A stretch of 64,000 bases of DNA, taken from Planctomycetota bacterium (GTDB lineage Bacteria > Planctomycetota > UBA1135 > UBA2386). The position numbers and the translations under genes are program-made. The stretch lies in the NCBI GenBank assembly GCA_046290465.1, contig JBKAGP010000001.1:4384001-4448000 (forward strand). Direction: 5' to 3'. Below the pieces are notes generated by a model. It was not told where the DNA came from. It did no database searches and was given only the letters and a program-made list of their open reading frames with translations. Below, piece after piece: positions 1 through 11,912 of the stretch. Position 1 is the first letter of the stretch. Every line of letters starts with the position of its first letter.

Positions 1-1
1 G

Positions 2-940
2 CAGGAAGGCTTCATCGCGGTCATGATCAACACCGCGATGCACAGCTACCAGACGCTGGAGCAGGACGCGCGCGGCATGTTCCCGGCGCTCGTTGCGGCC
101 AACACGGCGCTGGGCAGCCAGTTCCGCGGCAAGCTCAACATGGAGCAGGTCGGTCTGCTCGGCCACTCGATGGGCGGCGCGGTGATCGCCTACGTGCTCG
201 ACTACGACGTCGCGTCGCCGGTCAGCAACCCCGGCTACACGTGTGGCCTCGCGCTCGCGCCGGTCAACCCGGCGATCGCGGTCAGCGGCACGCAGATCCG
301 CGTTCCGCTCGGCATCGTGTCGGGACAGGCCGACCCGCTGACGCCGCCGAGCACGCACGCGGAGCCCTACTACCAGTCGGTGACCCCGCTGAGCGGCCTC
401 AAGTTCCACTACCAGATGGGGCCGACCTGCGACCACATGAACATCGTCGGCCTGCTGCCGCACAACCCGACGGTGTTCGAGCGCACGCAGGCGATCATCC
501 GAGGCTTCTACGGCCAGTTCCTGTCGGGTTCGTTGACCGGACTCGAGAGCGTGCTGGGCGTCGACGGGGAGTCGGATCCGAACCTCGCCCAGCTGGACGT
601 GCAGACCTCGATCCCGCAGGCGTGGTCGGACGGCACGCTGCGCATCGGCCAGGTGACGCGCGTGTCGGTCGCCCTCGAGGGCGGCTGGGGCGGCCTGCTC
701 GCGGCCAACTCGACGACGATGCAGCCGACGACGACGCTGGTCGGCACGCTGCTGATCGACCCCAACACGGCGTTCACGCTCGCCGAAGGGCCGGTGGCCA
801 CGCAGCGCCTCGACGTCGACATCCTGGTGCCCAACCTGATGGCGCTGGTCGGCTCGACGTTCGCCGTGCAGGGCGGTGGCGCGACCATCAACGACCCGTT
901 CCTGCTCGGTTCGGCGCTCGGCTTCGAGATCGGCCTCTAG
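2..940 (+). CDS. alpha/beta hydrolase (chlorophyllase/cutinase-like) with extra C-terminal beta domain; 5' end outside the window
   Basis: Frame is open from base 2 (QEGFIAVMINT...). Nucleophile elbow GHSMGG, putative Asp (GQADP) and His (CDHM). C-terminal segment VPNLMALVGSTFAVQ...GSALGFEIGL. Confidence 0.75.
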   Translation, partial: QEGFIAVMINTAMHSYQTLEQDARGMFPALVAANTALGSQFRGKLNMEQVGLLGHSMGGAVIAYVLDYDVASPVSNPGYTCGLALAPVNPAIAVSGTQIRVPLGIVSGQADPLTPPSTHAEPYYQSVTPLSGLKFHYQMGPTCDHMNIVGLLPHNPTVFERTQAIIRGFYGQFLSGSLTGLESVLGVDGESDPNLAQLDVQTSIPQAWSDGTLRIGQVTRVSVALEGGWGGLLAANSTTMQPTTTLVGTLLIDPNTAFTLAEGPVATQRLDVDILVPNLMALVGSTFAVQGGGATINDPFLLGSALGFEIGL

Positions 941-963
941 AGACCGACTTTCCGGCCGGTCCT

Positions 964-1967
964 CTAGTCGATCGCGATCAGCGACGAGGCGAACAGCGAC
1001 GCCTTGTCGCGCACGCCGCGCCAGCCCTCCTGCAGCACGCAGTGGCCGACCGGCGCGCGCAGCGAGGCGCCGGGCCCCGCGCACAGCAGCACGTCCGGCT
1101 GGAACTCGCGCATCGCGGTGCGCACGCACGCGGAGAAGTCGAACGTCTCGACGACCTGTTCGTGCACCGTGTAGCGCAGCAGTTCGCGCGGGTCGGACGA
1201 CCACGGCGAGTGCACGTTGCCGAAGCCGTCGATCAGGTGGCACCGAGGCGATCGGATCGGCAGGTCGACCAGCAGCTGCGCCGCCTGCTTGGCCGTCTCG
1301 AGGCACATGCGCGTGTGGAACGGGCCGTGCCCCGCGAGCCGGAACGGGAACTCGCGTTCGCCGACCTGCACCTTGGGCAGGTTGACGAGCAGTTCGCGCA
1401 CGGCCGACTCGGCGCCGGCGAGCACCTCGTGCCCGCCGAGGTGGATGCTGTAGTCGCAGAAGAACTCGTGGCCGCGGTCGCGCAGTCCCTGCAGCGTCGC
1501 GTCGACCGCGACCCGCAGCGTCATGTTGGGTTGCCAGTCCTCGCCGACCGTCGTCATCAGGACCTGGCCGCCCTTCACCTGCTTCTGCAGCGAGGCCATC
1601 GTGGTGACCAGCCGCCAGCCGCTGGTCGGGTCGAGTGCGCCGCTGGCGGGCAGCGCGGTGTACCAGCCGAGGGAGTTGCCGGCGACGGCGACGATGTCGT
1701 AGCGCTCGCGCAGCTGCTCGACGTGCGCCATCGTGCCGAAGTAGATCAGCTCGGCCGCGTTCTCGCCGTCGAGGTGCTGGCTCGGCCGGAACTTCTCAGC
1801 GCCGTCGACCTCGGTCAACGTCGGTCGACCCTGCTCGCGGCGGGCGCGATCGGACGCGGCCAGCGCGTCGGCGACCGGGCCCGGACGCAGCGTGCGGCCG
1901 ACGAAGCCGAGCTCGTCCTTGGTGTAGGAGCCGCGGCCGGGACAGAACAGCACGGCGGTGGGCTTGC

Positions 1968-1971
<4 letters not shown>
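964..1971 (-). CDS. FabD-like acyltransferase (malonyl-CoA:ACP transacylase fold)
   Basis: N-terminal FCPGRGSY (FabD FPGQGSQ), active site AGNSLG (FabD GHSLG), GPFHT (AFHS). ATG overlaps the stop of the upstream E1 gene. Confidence 0.85.
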
Positions 1972-4253
<2,282 letters not shown>

Positions 4254-4302
4254 CGGGAGCAGGATCTTACGCACCACACCCCCGAACACCATCCACCGCC
4301 GG

Positions 4303-4349
4303 ACACCGCATACCGCGGCGCAGGATGAACCCGGTTCGGTATGCGGTGT
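4303..4349. repeat. REP-like palindrome, copy 1 (left arm internally deleted)
   Basis: ACACCGCATACCG joined directly to CGGCGCAGGATGAACCCGGTTCGGTATGCGGTGT; identical to parts of the copy at 6594-6666. Confidence 0.9.
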
Positions 4350-4352
4350 TGG

Positions 4353-5999
4353 TCAGTCGGGGACGATCTCGCGGACGGCGCCGGCGTCGACCTCGAGCCT
4401 GCGGGTCAGGCGCACGTTGTCGAGCATGCGGCGGTCGTGGGTGACCAGCAGGATCGTGCCGTCGAACGTCTCGAGAGCCTGTTCGAGCTGCTCGATCGCT
4501 TCGAGGTCGAGGTGGTTGGTCGGTTCGTCGAGCACCAGCAGGTTGACGCCCCTGGCCTGCAGCAGCGCCATCGCGACGCGGGTTCGTTCGCCCGGCGAGA
4601 GCGACGCGGCCGAACGCTCGAGCAGCGCCGTGCCGATGCCGAACTTGGCCAGCAGCGTGCGCACGTCGGCGGTGCTCCAGTCGGGCAGGATCGCGCCGAA
4701 CACCTCGAGCACCGGCGCGTCGGCGACGAACGCGGCGCGCGCCTGGTCGATCTCGCCGACCATCACGCCGGTGCCGAGCGACGCGGAGCCTTCGCTCGGC
4801 GCCAGCTTGCCGAGCAGCAGCGCCAGCAGCGTGCTCTTGCCGCCGCCGTTGGGGCCGGTGATCGCGACGCGATCGCGGTAGAAGACCTGCAGGTCGACCG
4901 GTCCGAGTTCGAACTCGCCGCGGCGTGCGCGCGCGGCCATCAGCGTCGCGACCCGTTCGCCCGGCCGACCCGCTGCCATGATCGAGAACTGCAGCCGCCA
5001 CTCCTTGCGCGGTGCGTCGACCTCGCCGAGCCGTTCGATCATGCGTTCGGTCTGCTTGATCTTGGCTGCCTGCTTCTCGGTCGATTCGACGCGGAACGCG
5101 CGGCCGATCTTGTCGCGGTCCCGCGCCTTGCGCCGCGCGTTCTTGACGCCCTTCTGCATCCACGCGCGCTGTCGCCGCGCACGCGCCTCGAGTTCGCCGC
5201 GGCGGCTCGCGTAGTCGTCGTAGGCCTCCTGCGCGTGGCGGCGCGTGACCGCGCGCTCCTCGAGGTAGGCGTCGAAGCCGCCGCCGTACGACGTGATCCG
5301 CTGCAGGCTGCGATCGATCTCGACGACCTTGCTCACGGTCTGCGACAGGAACTCGCGGTCGTGGCTGACCAACACGGTCGGCGACTGCAGACCGCGAACG
5401 AAGTCTTCGAGCTGGTCGATGCCGTCGATGTCGAGATCGTTGGTCGGCTCGTCGAGCAGGTAGGCGTCGTAGCGCGACAGCAGCAGCGCGGCGAGGCCGG
5501 CGCGCGCCGCCTGGCCGCCCGACAGCGCGGCCATGTCGAGGTCGAGATCGACGTCCAGTCCGAGCTCGTCGACGACGGCGCTGGTGCGTTCTTCGAAGTC
5601 GGCGCCGCCGAGCGCCAGCCAGCGTTCGAGTGCCTCGGCGTAGCGATCGTCGGCCCCGTCGGCGCCCTGGCCGAGTTCGTCGGCGGTGCGCTGCATCTCG
5701 GTATCGGCGGCTGAGACCCCGGTGCGACGCGCCAGGAACCCGCGCAGGCTCTCGCCCGGCAGCCGTTCTTGTTCTTGCGTCAGGTAACCGATCGTGCCGG
5801 TGTTGGGCGTGACCACGACCTCGCCGGCGTCGGCCGCTCGCAGCCCGGCCAGGATCCGCAGCAGCGTCGATTTGCCAGCCCCGTTGGGGCCGATCAGGCC
5901 GACGACGTCGCCGGGCGCGACGACGAGGTCGAGACCGCGGAACAGCTCGCGGCTGCCGTAGGAGGCGGCGACGCCGCGGGCGTGCAGGGTGACCGGCAT
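4353..5999 (-). CDS. ABC-F family ATP-binding protein
   Basis: Two NBDs (GPNGAGKST/LSGGQ/LLDEPTNDLD and GPNGGGKST/LSPGE/LDEPTNHLD), basic helical linker, no transmembrane segments. Confidence 0.93.
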   Translation of the reverse strand: MPVTLHARGVAASYGSRELFRGLDLVVAPGDVVGLIGPNGAGKSTLLRILAGLRAADAGEVVVTPNTGTIGYLTQEQERLPGESLRGFLARRTGVSAADTEMQRTADELGQGADGADDRYAEALERWLALGGADFEERTSAVVDELGLDVDLDLDMAALSGGQAARAGLAALLLSRYDAYLLDEPTNDLDIDGIDQLEDFVRGLQSPTVLVSHDREFLSQTVSKVVEIDRSLQRITSYGGGFDAYLEERAVTRRHAQEAYDDYASRRGELEARARRQRAWMQKGVKNARRKARDRDKIGRAFRVESTEKQAAKIKQTERMIERLGEVDAPRKEWRLQFSIMAAGRPGERVATLMAARARRGEFELGPVDLQVFYRDRVAITGPNGGGKSTLLALLLGKLAPSEGSASLGTGVMVGEIDQARAAFVADAPVLEVFGAILPDWSTADVRTLLAKFGIGTALLERSAASLSPGERTRVAMALLQARGVNLLVLDEPTNHLDLEAIEQLEQALETFDGTILLVTHDRRMLDNVRLTRRLEVDAGAVREIVPD

Positions 6000-6071
6000 G
6001 GGCAGGAACCTAGCAGCGGGTCGGCGCCATGGACACGGGTGTTGCGACGGCGTTTCGGACAAGCTCTCGGC

Positions 6072-6374
6072 ATGAGCCTCGACGCGCGCATGCAGCAGTT
6101 CTTCGACAGCCTCGGTGACGATCGGGCGGCGGGAGATCTCGACGGCCCGCTGCTGGGCTGTTGGCACGCGCTGCGCGGCGAATGGGATGCTGCGCACGAC
6201 GCGGTGCAGGGGGATTCGGAGGCCGACTCCTGGGTGCATGCCGTGCTGCACCGCGAGGAGGGCGACCTGGCCAACGCCGGCTACTGGTATCGGCGCGCGG
6301 GCCGGGCGCAGGGCGAAGGGCCGGTGCGTCGCGAGTATCTGGCGATCGCGGCCGAGCTGCTGCGCGGGGCGTGA
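6072..6374 (+). CDS. conserved hypothetical protein (WVHAxLHRxEGDxxNAxYWY family)
   Basis: Recognisable motif WDAAH...WVHAVLHREEGDLANAGYWYRRAG. Confidence 0.8.
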   Translation: MSLDARMQQFFDSLGDDRAAGDLDGPLLGCWHALRGEWDAAHDAVQGDSEADSWVHAVLHREEGDLANAGYWYRRAGRAQGEGPVRREYLAIAAELLRGA

Positions 6375-6399
6375 GCTGGCGGGATAGCATGCGGAGACC

Positions 6400-6537
6400 A
6401 TGCCAGGCCTCCGCGTCGTCCCGTTCGCTCTCGTCCTCGCCGGCGCTGCCGCCGCGCAGTGTGAGCTCGGCGCACAGGGCGTCTGCATCGGCATCACGTC
6501 GAGCAACGCGCTGCAGTTGACGTTCGGCGCGCTCTAG
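6400..6537 (+). CDS. 45-aa putative secreted mini-protein (signal peptide plus SNALQLTFG tail); possibly a collapsed gene
   Basis: GGAG before the ATG; translation MPGLRVVPFALVLAGAAAAQCELGAQGVCIGITSSNALQLTFGAL; GC-rich third positions; too short for the ORF track. Confidence 0.55.
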   Translation: MPGLRVVPFALVLAGAAAAQCELGAQGVCIGITSSNALQLTFGAL

Positions 6538-6593
6538 CACGAAGCCCGCAGGCGCGGGACCCGGACCGACCCCGAACCAGGAACCCGGACCAA

Positions 6594-6666
6594 ACACCGC
6601 ATACCGAACCGGGTTCATCCTGCGCCGTGAAACGGCGCAGGATGAACCCGGTTCGGTATGCGGTGT
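6594..6666. repeat. REP-like palindrome, full copy: perfect 35-bp arms with GAA loop
   Basis: ACACCGCATACCGAACCGGGTTCATCCTGCGCCGT-GAA-ACGGCGCAGGATGAACCCGGTTCGGTATGCGGTGT, between convergent genes. Confidence 0.95.
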
Positions 6667-6702
6667 CTGGTCGAGGTCGTCGCTGTTCGGCAGGAGTGGC
6701 GA

Positions 6703-7230
6703 TCAGTTCGGTGCCACGAGTCCGTAGCGCTCGACCAGCACCGAGTAGTGGTGCAGGTCGTGGCCGAGCACGATCCACGGCAGCGACGCGACCGTGACCG
6801 GGGCGCCGTTGGCGCGGCCCTTCTGGCCCCAGGCTTCGGTGCCGAAGCCGCCGAACAGCGTCACGGTCGCGGCTCGGACCGACTCGTATTCGTCGACGAT
6901 GCTCGCCAGCGTGCGCGACGCGCTGCCGTCGTTCTGCGCGTAGGCGTTCTCGTCGAAGGCGGGCAGTTCCTGGTCGTCGCCGCGGGCGACGCACATCGCT
7001 CGGTAGCAGAACATGCGTTCGCCGTCGGCGATGTGCAGCAGCAGGCGCTTCACCGACCACTTGCCGTCGGCGTAGGCGTAGTCGCCCCTGGACTCACCGG
7101 CGCTGCGCACCAGCGCGGCCATCCGGTCACGTTGCGCGACGAGGCCCTGCAGCACGTCGCCGTCGGGGACGCGCGCGACGTAGCCGTCGAAGTAGTCGGA
7201 GTAGTCACCGGGTCGTGGGCGCGGGATCAT
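6703..7230 (-). CDS. DinB family protein
   Basis: YAYADGKWSVKRLLLHIADGER and GHDLHH metal-binding histidines. Confidence 0.9.
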   Translation of the reverse strand: MIPRPRPGDYSDYFDGYVARVPDGDVLQGLVAQRDRMAALVRSAGESRGDYAYADGKWSVKRLLLHIADGERMFCYRAMCVARGDDQELPAFDENAYAQNDGSASRTLASIVDEYESVRAATVTLFGGFGTEAWGQKGRANGAPVTVASLPWIVLGHDLHHYSVLVERYGLVAPN

Positions 7231-7255
7231 GCGCGCAGCATCGCCGAAACGCGGC

Positions 7256-8029
7256 TCATTGCCGAGAGGCAGGATCCTGGTGGTAGTAGTCGCGCAGCAC
7301 GGCGTAGAGCGCCGGGTGCTTCTGCTGCAGCTGCTGGCTCTTCTCGAAGAAGCACTCGGTCGCGACCGCGAAGAACTCGGCCGAGTTGGTCGCGCCGTAG
7401 GTGTCCAGCACCGTCGCGCGGCCGTGTTGCGCGGCGTCGCGCAAGGCGGTGAACTCGCGCGTCATCGTCTCGACCCAGCGTTGGAACAGTTCCTTGTCGG
7501 CGATCGGCGGCGTGCCGTCGGCGGCGCCGTCCAGCATGTCGAGCTTGTGCGCAAACTCGTGGAACACCAGGTTGTGGCCGTCCTTGGGATCCTGTGCGCC
7601 GCGCCGGGCGTCGTCCCACGACAGGATCACCGGCCCGCGCTGCCAGGCCTCCCCGAGGTTGGCCTGGCCCTCGCGGACCAGCCCGTCGGCGCCGTGCGAC
7701 GGCATCGTCTTGTAGGCCGCGGGGTAGACCAGGATCGAGGTCACGTAGCGGTAGTACTCGTGCTCGATGTTGAGCAGCAGCAGGCTCGCCTGCGCGGCGA
7801 TCGACACGCGGATCTCGTCGGTCAGCTCGAGACCGCCGCAGCCTTCCCAGTTCTTCTCGGCGACGAGCACGCGCAGGTCGTCGCGGATGCGCTGCTGGCC
7901 GCGTTCGTCGAGCGAACGGTAGAACGGCAGCCGTTCCACCGTCGGCAGCCACTCCGCGGGGAACGGTTCTGCGAGTAGGTTTGCGCGTCGGGCATGGCGG
8001 ATCGGTCGCAGCAACCAGTCGAACAGCAT
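7256..8029 (-). CDS. M90 family zinc peptidase (MtfA-like)
   Basis: NLVFHEFAHKLD (HExxH), GEAW..GPVILSW, YGATNSAEFFAVATECFFE. Confidence 0.92.
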   Translation of the reverse strand: MLFDWLLRPIRHARRANLLAEPFPAEWLPTVERLPFYRSLDERGQQRIRDDLRVLVAEKNWEGCGGLELTDEIRVSIAAQASLLLLNIEHEYYRYVTSILVYPAAYKTMPSHGADGLVREGQANLGEAWQRGPVILSWDDARRGAQDPKDGHNLVFHEFAHKLDMLDGAADGTPPIADKELFQRWVETMTREFTALRDAAQHGRATVLDTYGATNSAEFFAVATECFFEKSQQLQQKHPALYAVLRDYYHQDPASRQ

Positions 8030-8071
8030 GCAGACTCTTGTCGGGGCTCTTCGGGATCCGATCAAGAGGGC

Positions 8072-8242
8072 ATGCGAGGATGGCGCTGGTTGCCGGTCGG
8101 CATGACGTTCGTCGTGGTGGGGATGGTGTTCGCGTCGCTTGCGGCGTGCGACGATCCTGTGGTCGCCGGGTGCGATGAGCACGAGCGGCGGCGCCGCGAA
8201 GCGCTCCAGCTGCTGCTGCGGTTCCGGGAGCTGCTCCAGTAG
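8072..8242 (+). CDS. possible small lipoprotein (56 aa)
   Basis: AAGAGGG before the ATG; MRGWRW, then a hydrophobic stretch and an LAAC lipobox. Confidence 0.35.
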   Translation: MRGWRWLPVGMTFVVVGMVFASLAACDDPVVAGCDEHERRRREALQLLLRFRELLQ

Positions 8243-8328
8243 GACGTGGGTCCGTCAGGTCTGGTCGCGGTACCAATCCAACGGATGGCGGCGTTGCATC
8301 CGTGGGGGTGCGTGGATTCGATGGAGGG

Positions 8329-9573
8329 GTGTCCGAACTCGCGCCCGAGCCGCAGCCGCATCCGCGTGATCTTGCGACCGAGCTGCGCGCGTTCGACGCG
8401 TTCGGTGGCAAGACGGTCGAGGGCCAGCTCGAGGTCGAAGGGCACCGCGTGCCGACGTTCACCAACGAGTTCTGGACCAAGGCGCAGCGTGAGGGCAACA
8501 GCCTGCACGAGATCAGCTACCGGGCCTGCTTCAAGCCGTCGCTGCCGGCGTTCTTCCTAGAACGGTTGAGTCGGCCGGGCGACCTGGTGCTCGATCCGTT
8601 CATGGGGCGTGGCACGACGCCGCTCGAAGCCTGCCTGCGCGGCCGCGTGCCGTGTGGCAACGACGTCAATCCGCTGTCGGCGATGCTGCTGCGGCCGCGG
8701 CTGTGTCCGCCGACGCTCGCCGATGTGTCGCGGCGCATCGATGAACTCGACCTGTCGTGGGACGGCGAGCTCGACGACGACCTGCTGGTGTTCTTCCACC
8801 CGACGACGCTGCGCGCGATCTGTGCGCTGCGCGACCATTTCCTGCAGCGCGACGAGGACGGCGAGCTCGACGGCGTCGACGAGTGGCTGCGCATGGTCGC
8901 GGTCAATCGGCTGACCGGCCACTCGAGCGGCTTCTTCTCGGTCTACACGCTGCCGCCCAACCAGGCGACGACGGTGGCCGCGCAGCGCAAGATCAACCAG
9001 AAGCGCGACCAGGCGCCCGAAGAGCGCGATGTGCGCGCGATCCTGCTCAAGAAGTCGCGCACGCTGCTCGCCGACACCGAGACGCTGTGGCGCAGCCAGA
9101 GCCGCGTGCTCGCCGGCATGTCGGTGCTGATGACGGGCCCGGCTTCGGCGATGCAGCGCATGCCGAGCAGCAGCGTGCAACTGGTGGTCACGTCGCCGCC
9201 GTTCCTCGACGTCGTGCAGTACGCCGACGACAACTGGCTGCGCTGCTGGTTCTGCGGCATCGACGCCAAGTCCGTGCCGATCACGATGGCGCGCAACGTC
9301 GAGGCGTGGCGTGAGGCGATGCACGAGGTGTTCGTGGAGCTGCACCGCGTGGTGCGGCCGGGCGGCTACGTCGCGTTCGAGGTTGGCGAGGTCCGCCGCG
9401 GCAAGATCCGCCTCGAGGAGCACGTCGTGCCGGTCGCGGCCGCTGCCGGCTTTGCGCCAGAGCTGGTGATGCTGCACACGCAGGACTTCACCAAGACGGC
9501 CAACTGTTGGGGCGTCGACAACAACAAGATGGGCACCAACACCAACCGCGTGGTGGTGCTGCGGCGGCCGTAG
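8329..9573 (+). CDS. orphan amino-DNA methyltransferase (probably N4-cytosine)
   Basis: Motif I LDPFMGRGTT (N-terminal) and motif IV VTSPPF (C-terminal); GGAGG before GTG 8329. Confidence 0.88.
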   Translation: MSELAPEPQPHPRDLATELRAFDAFGGKTVEGQLEVEGHRVPTFTNEFWTKAQREGNSLHEISYRACFKPSLPAFFLERLSRPGDLVLDPFMGRGTTPLEACLRGRVPCGNDVNPLSAMLLRPRLCPPTLADVSRRIDELDLSWDGELDDDLLVFFHPTTLRAICALRDHFLQRDEDGELDGVDEWLRMVAVNRLTGHSSGFFSVYTLPPNQATTVAAQRKINQKRDQAPEERDVRAILLKKSRTLLADTETLWRSQSRVLAGMSVLMTGPASAMQRMPSSSVQLVVTSPPFLDVVQYADDNWLRCWFCGIDAKSVPITMARNVEAWREAMHEVFVELHRVVRPGGYVAFEVGEVRRGKIRLEEHVVPVAAAAGFAPELVMLHTQDFTKTANCWGVDNNKMGTNTNRVVVLRRP

Positions 9574-9660
9574 CGGCACCCAGGGACCTCGAATCTCGCA
9601 GGCATCATGCACTCACCCGGCCGAAGGCGTCGTGCGCGTCGTCAGGCATGACGCAGCGCC

Positions 9661-11139
9661 TCAGGCGTCGCGCAGCGCCCGCTTCTGGATCTTGCCCGAC
9701 CCCGTGCGCGGCAGCGCGTCCAGGAACACGACTTCCTTCGGGGTCTTGTAGCCCGCGATACGTTCGCGGCAGAACGCGACCAGCTCTTCGGCGTTGGCTT
9801 CCTGGCCGGGGCGCAGCACGACGGCGGCGACGACGTGTTCGCCCCACTTGTCGTCGGGCTTGCCGAACACGGCGCACTCGAGCACGGCCGGATGGTCGTA
9901 GAGCGTGTATTCGACCTCGATCGAGTAGACGGTCTCCGCGCCCGTCTTGATGACGTCCTTCTGGCGATCGACGATGTCGACGAAGCCATGCTCGTCGATG
10001 TTGGCGAGGTCGCCCGTGCGCAGGAAACCGTCGTCGTCGAACGCCGCCTCGGTCGCCTCGTCGTTGTGCCAGTAGCCCGGGGTCACGGTCGCGCCGCGCA
10101 CGCGGATCTCGCCGACGGCCTTCGCGTCGCGCGCGACGGGCGTTCCGTCGTCGTCGACGACCTTGAGCTCGACGCCGTGGAACGGCCGGCCGGTCTTGCA
10201 CTTCCACTGCAGCTGCTGCTCGAGCGGCAGCTGCAGCAGCTCGTCGGGGAGCAGGCTCAGCGTCAGGTAGGGGCTGGTCTCGGTCATTCCGTAGGTCTGC
10301 ACGTAGTCGCATCCGAACGTGTCGAGGATGCGCCGCACGACGTCGGGCGCGATCGGCGCGCCGCCGCTCAGCATGACGCGGAGCGCGTAGCTGCGTTCGG
10401 CGGCGCCGGGTTCCTTGACCATCAGGTTGAGCATCGTCGGCACCAGGTTGGTGATCGTGACGCGCTCGGCGACGAGCAGGTCGAGCGCCGCCTTGGCTGT
10501 GAAGGTCGGCAAGAACACGTGCGTGCCGGCGACCGCGGTGATCGCGAACGTCGCCCATGCGTCCGCGAGGTGGAACATCGGCGCGACGTGCGACCAGGTG
10601 TCGTGCTCGGTCAGCTCCAGCTCGCGGATCGCCGACGCCGCGTGGGTGCAGACATTGCGGTGGGTCAGCACCACGCCCTTGGGCGATCCGGTCGTGCCGC
10701 TGGTGTAGTAGAGCTGGGCCGGTTCGTCCGCCTCCAGCAGGAACGTGCCTGCCTCCGGCTCGCAGCGATCCGGAACGGCCAGCAGCTCCTGCTCGAGGAT
10801 GCCGGCGCGCATCGCGTGCGCGTCGTCGTGCACGAGCCAGCGCGCGCCGCTGTGTCCGAGGATGTCGCGCTGCTCGCCGTCGGTCAGGCGCGTGTTGAGC
10901 GAGACCAGGATCGCGCCGGCGGCGGCGATGCCGAAGTAGGCGATCAGGTGCTCGACGCCGTTGTGCATCAGGCAGCCGACCCGGTCGCCCTCGCGCACGC
11001 CGGCGTCGCGCAGGTCGCCGCAGAGCGCCAGCGCGCGGTCGCGCGCGTCGGCGTAGGTGAGCTCGAGATCGCCCTGGCGCAGCGCGATCCGGTCGGGGGC
11101 GCGTTCGGCGGCGTCGGCGAGGAAGGTCCAGACGTTCAC
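9661..11139 (-). CDS. long-chain acyl-CoA synthetase / AMP-binding enzyme
   Basis: YTSGTTGSPKG, YGMTET, TGDL, DRQKD, LPRTGSGKIQK. Confidence 0.95.
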   Translation of the reverse strand: MNVWTFLADAAERAPDRIALRQGDLELTYADARDRALALCGDLRDAGVREGDRVGCLMHNGVEHLIAYFGIAAAGAILVSLNTRLTDGEQRDILGHSGARWLVHDDAHAMRAGILEQELLAVPDRCEPEAGTFLLEADEPAQLYYTSGTTGSPKGVVLTHRNVCTHAASAIRELELTEHDTWSHVAPMFHLADAWATFAITAVAGTHVFLPTFTAKAALDLLVAERVTITNLVPTMLNLMVKEPGAAERSYALRVMLSGGAPIAPDVVRRILDTFGCDYVQTYGMTETSPYLTLSLLPDELLQLPLEQQLQWKCKTGRPFHGVELKVVDDDGTPVARDAKAVGEIRVRGATVTPGYWHNDEATEAAFDDDGFLRTGDLANIDEHGFVDIVDRQKDVIKTGAETVYSIEVEYTLYDHPAVLECAVFGKPDDKWGEHVVAAVVLRPGQEANAEELVAFCRERIAGYKTPKEVVFLDALPRTGSGKIQKRALRDA

Positions 11140-11195
11140 GTCGTCGAGTATGAGGTTGTCCGCGCCGCGGGCAATCGTTCCAATCCGCGCGAGCG

Positions 11196-11912
11196 ATGGC
11201 GGACCCGAGCGAAGACGAACCGACCGAGGCGCAGCTGCCGCCGCTGACGGTCCTGCACCACGAGGAGGACTTCGTCGCGGTCAGCAAGCCGAGCGGCCTG
11301 TTGGTGCACCGCGACGAGCACCACCCCGACGCGCCGGCGGCGCTGCAGTTGGTGCGCGACCAGATCGAGCAGCACCTCTATCCGTTCCATCGGCTCGATC
11401 GCGCGACGTCGGGCATCCTGCTGTTCGGGCTGTCGCGCAAGGCGGCTGCGGCGCTGCAGAAGGCCCTGGCCGCGGCCGACGCCCACAAGGACTACTACGC
11501 GCTGCTGCGCTATCCGGGCAGCAACCACGAGCTCGGCGAACGTTGGGTCAGCGAGCGGCCGCTGACCGACGACAAGGGCAACCAGAAGGAGTGTCGGTCC
11601 GACTTCGAGGTGGTCGAGGCGTTCGATCGGTGTGCGTTGGTCCGCTGTCGGATCTTCACCGGCCGCTACCACCAGATCCGTCGCCACGCCAACCACTGTG
11701 GCCGCCATGTCATCGGCGACACGACGCACGGCAAGGGGCGGATCAACGCGCTGTTCCGCGAGCGCTACGGGCTCGCTCGGCTGTTCCTGCACCTGCAGCG
11801 CATCGAGATGGCGCATCCGAAATCCGGGGAACGCTTCGTGATCGAGGACCCGATGCCCGAAGAACTGACTGCGGTGCTCGATCGCCTGCGCGCCGCCAAC
11901 GACGAATCGTGA
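11196..11912 (+). CDS. RluA-family pseudouridine synthase (TruC-like)
   Basis: KPSGLLVH, HRLDRATSG, TGRYHQIRRH, IGDTTHG, RLFLH; no S4 domain. Confidence 0.9.
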   Translation: MADPSEDEPTEAQLPPLTVLHHEEDFVAVSKPSGLLVHRDEHHPDAPAALQLVRDQIEQHLYPFHRLDRATSGILLFGLSRKAAAALQKALAAADAHKDYYALLRYPGSNHELGERWVSERPLTDDKGNQKECRSDFEVVEAFDRCALVRCRIFTGRYHQIRRHANHCGRHVIGDTTHGKGRINALFRERYGLARLFLHLQRIEMAHPKSGERFVIEDPMPEELTAVLDRLRAANDES

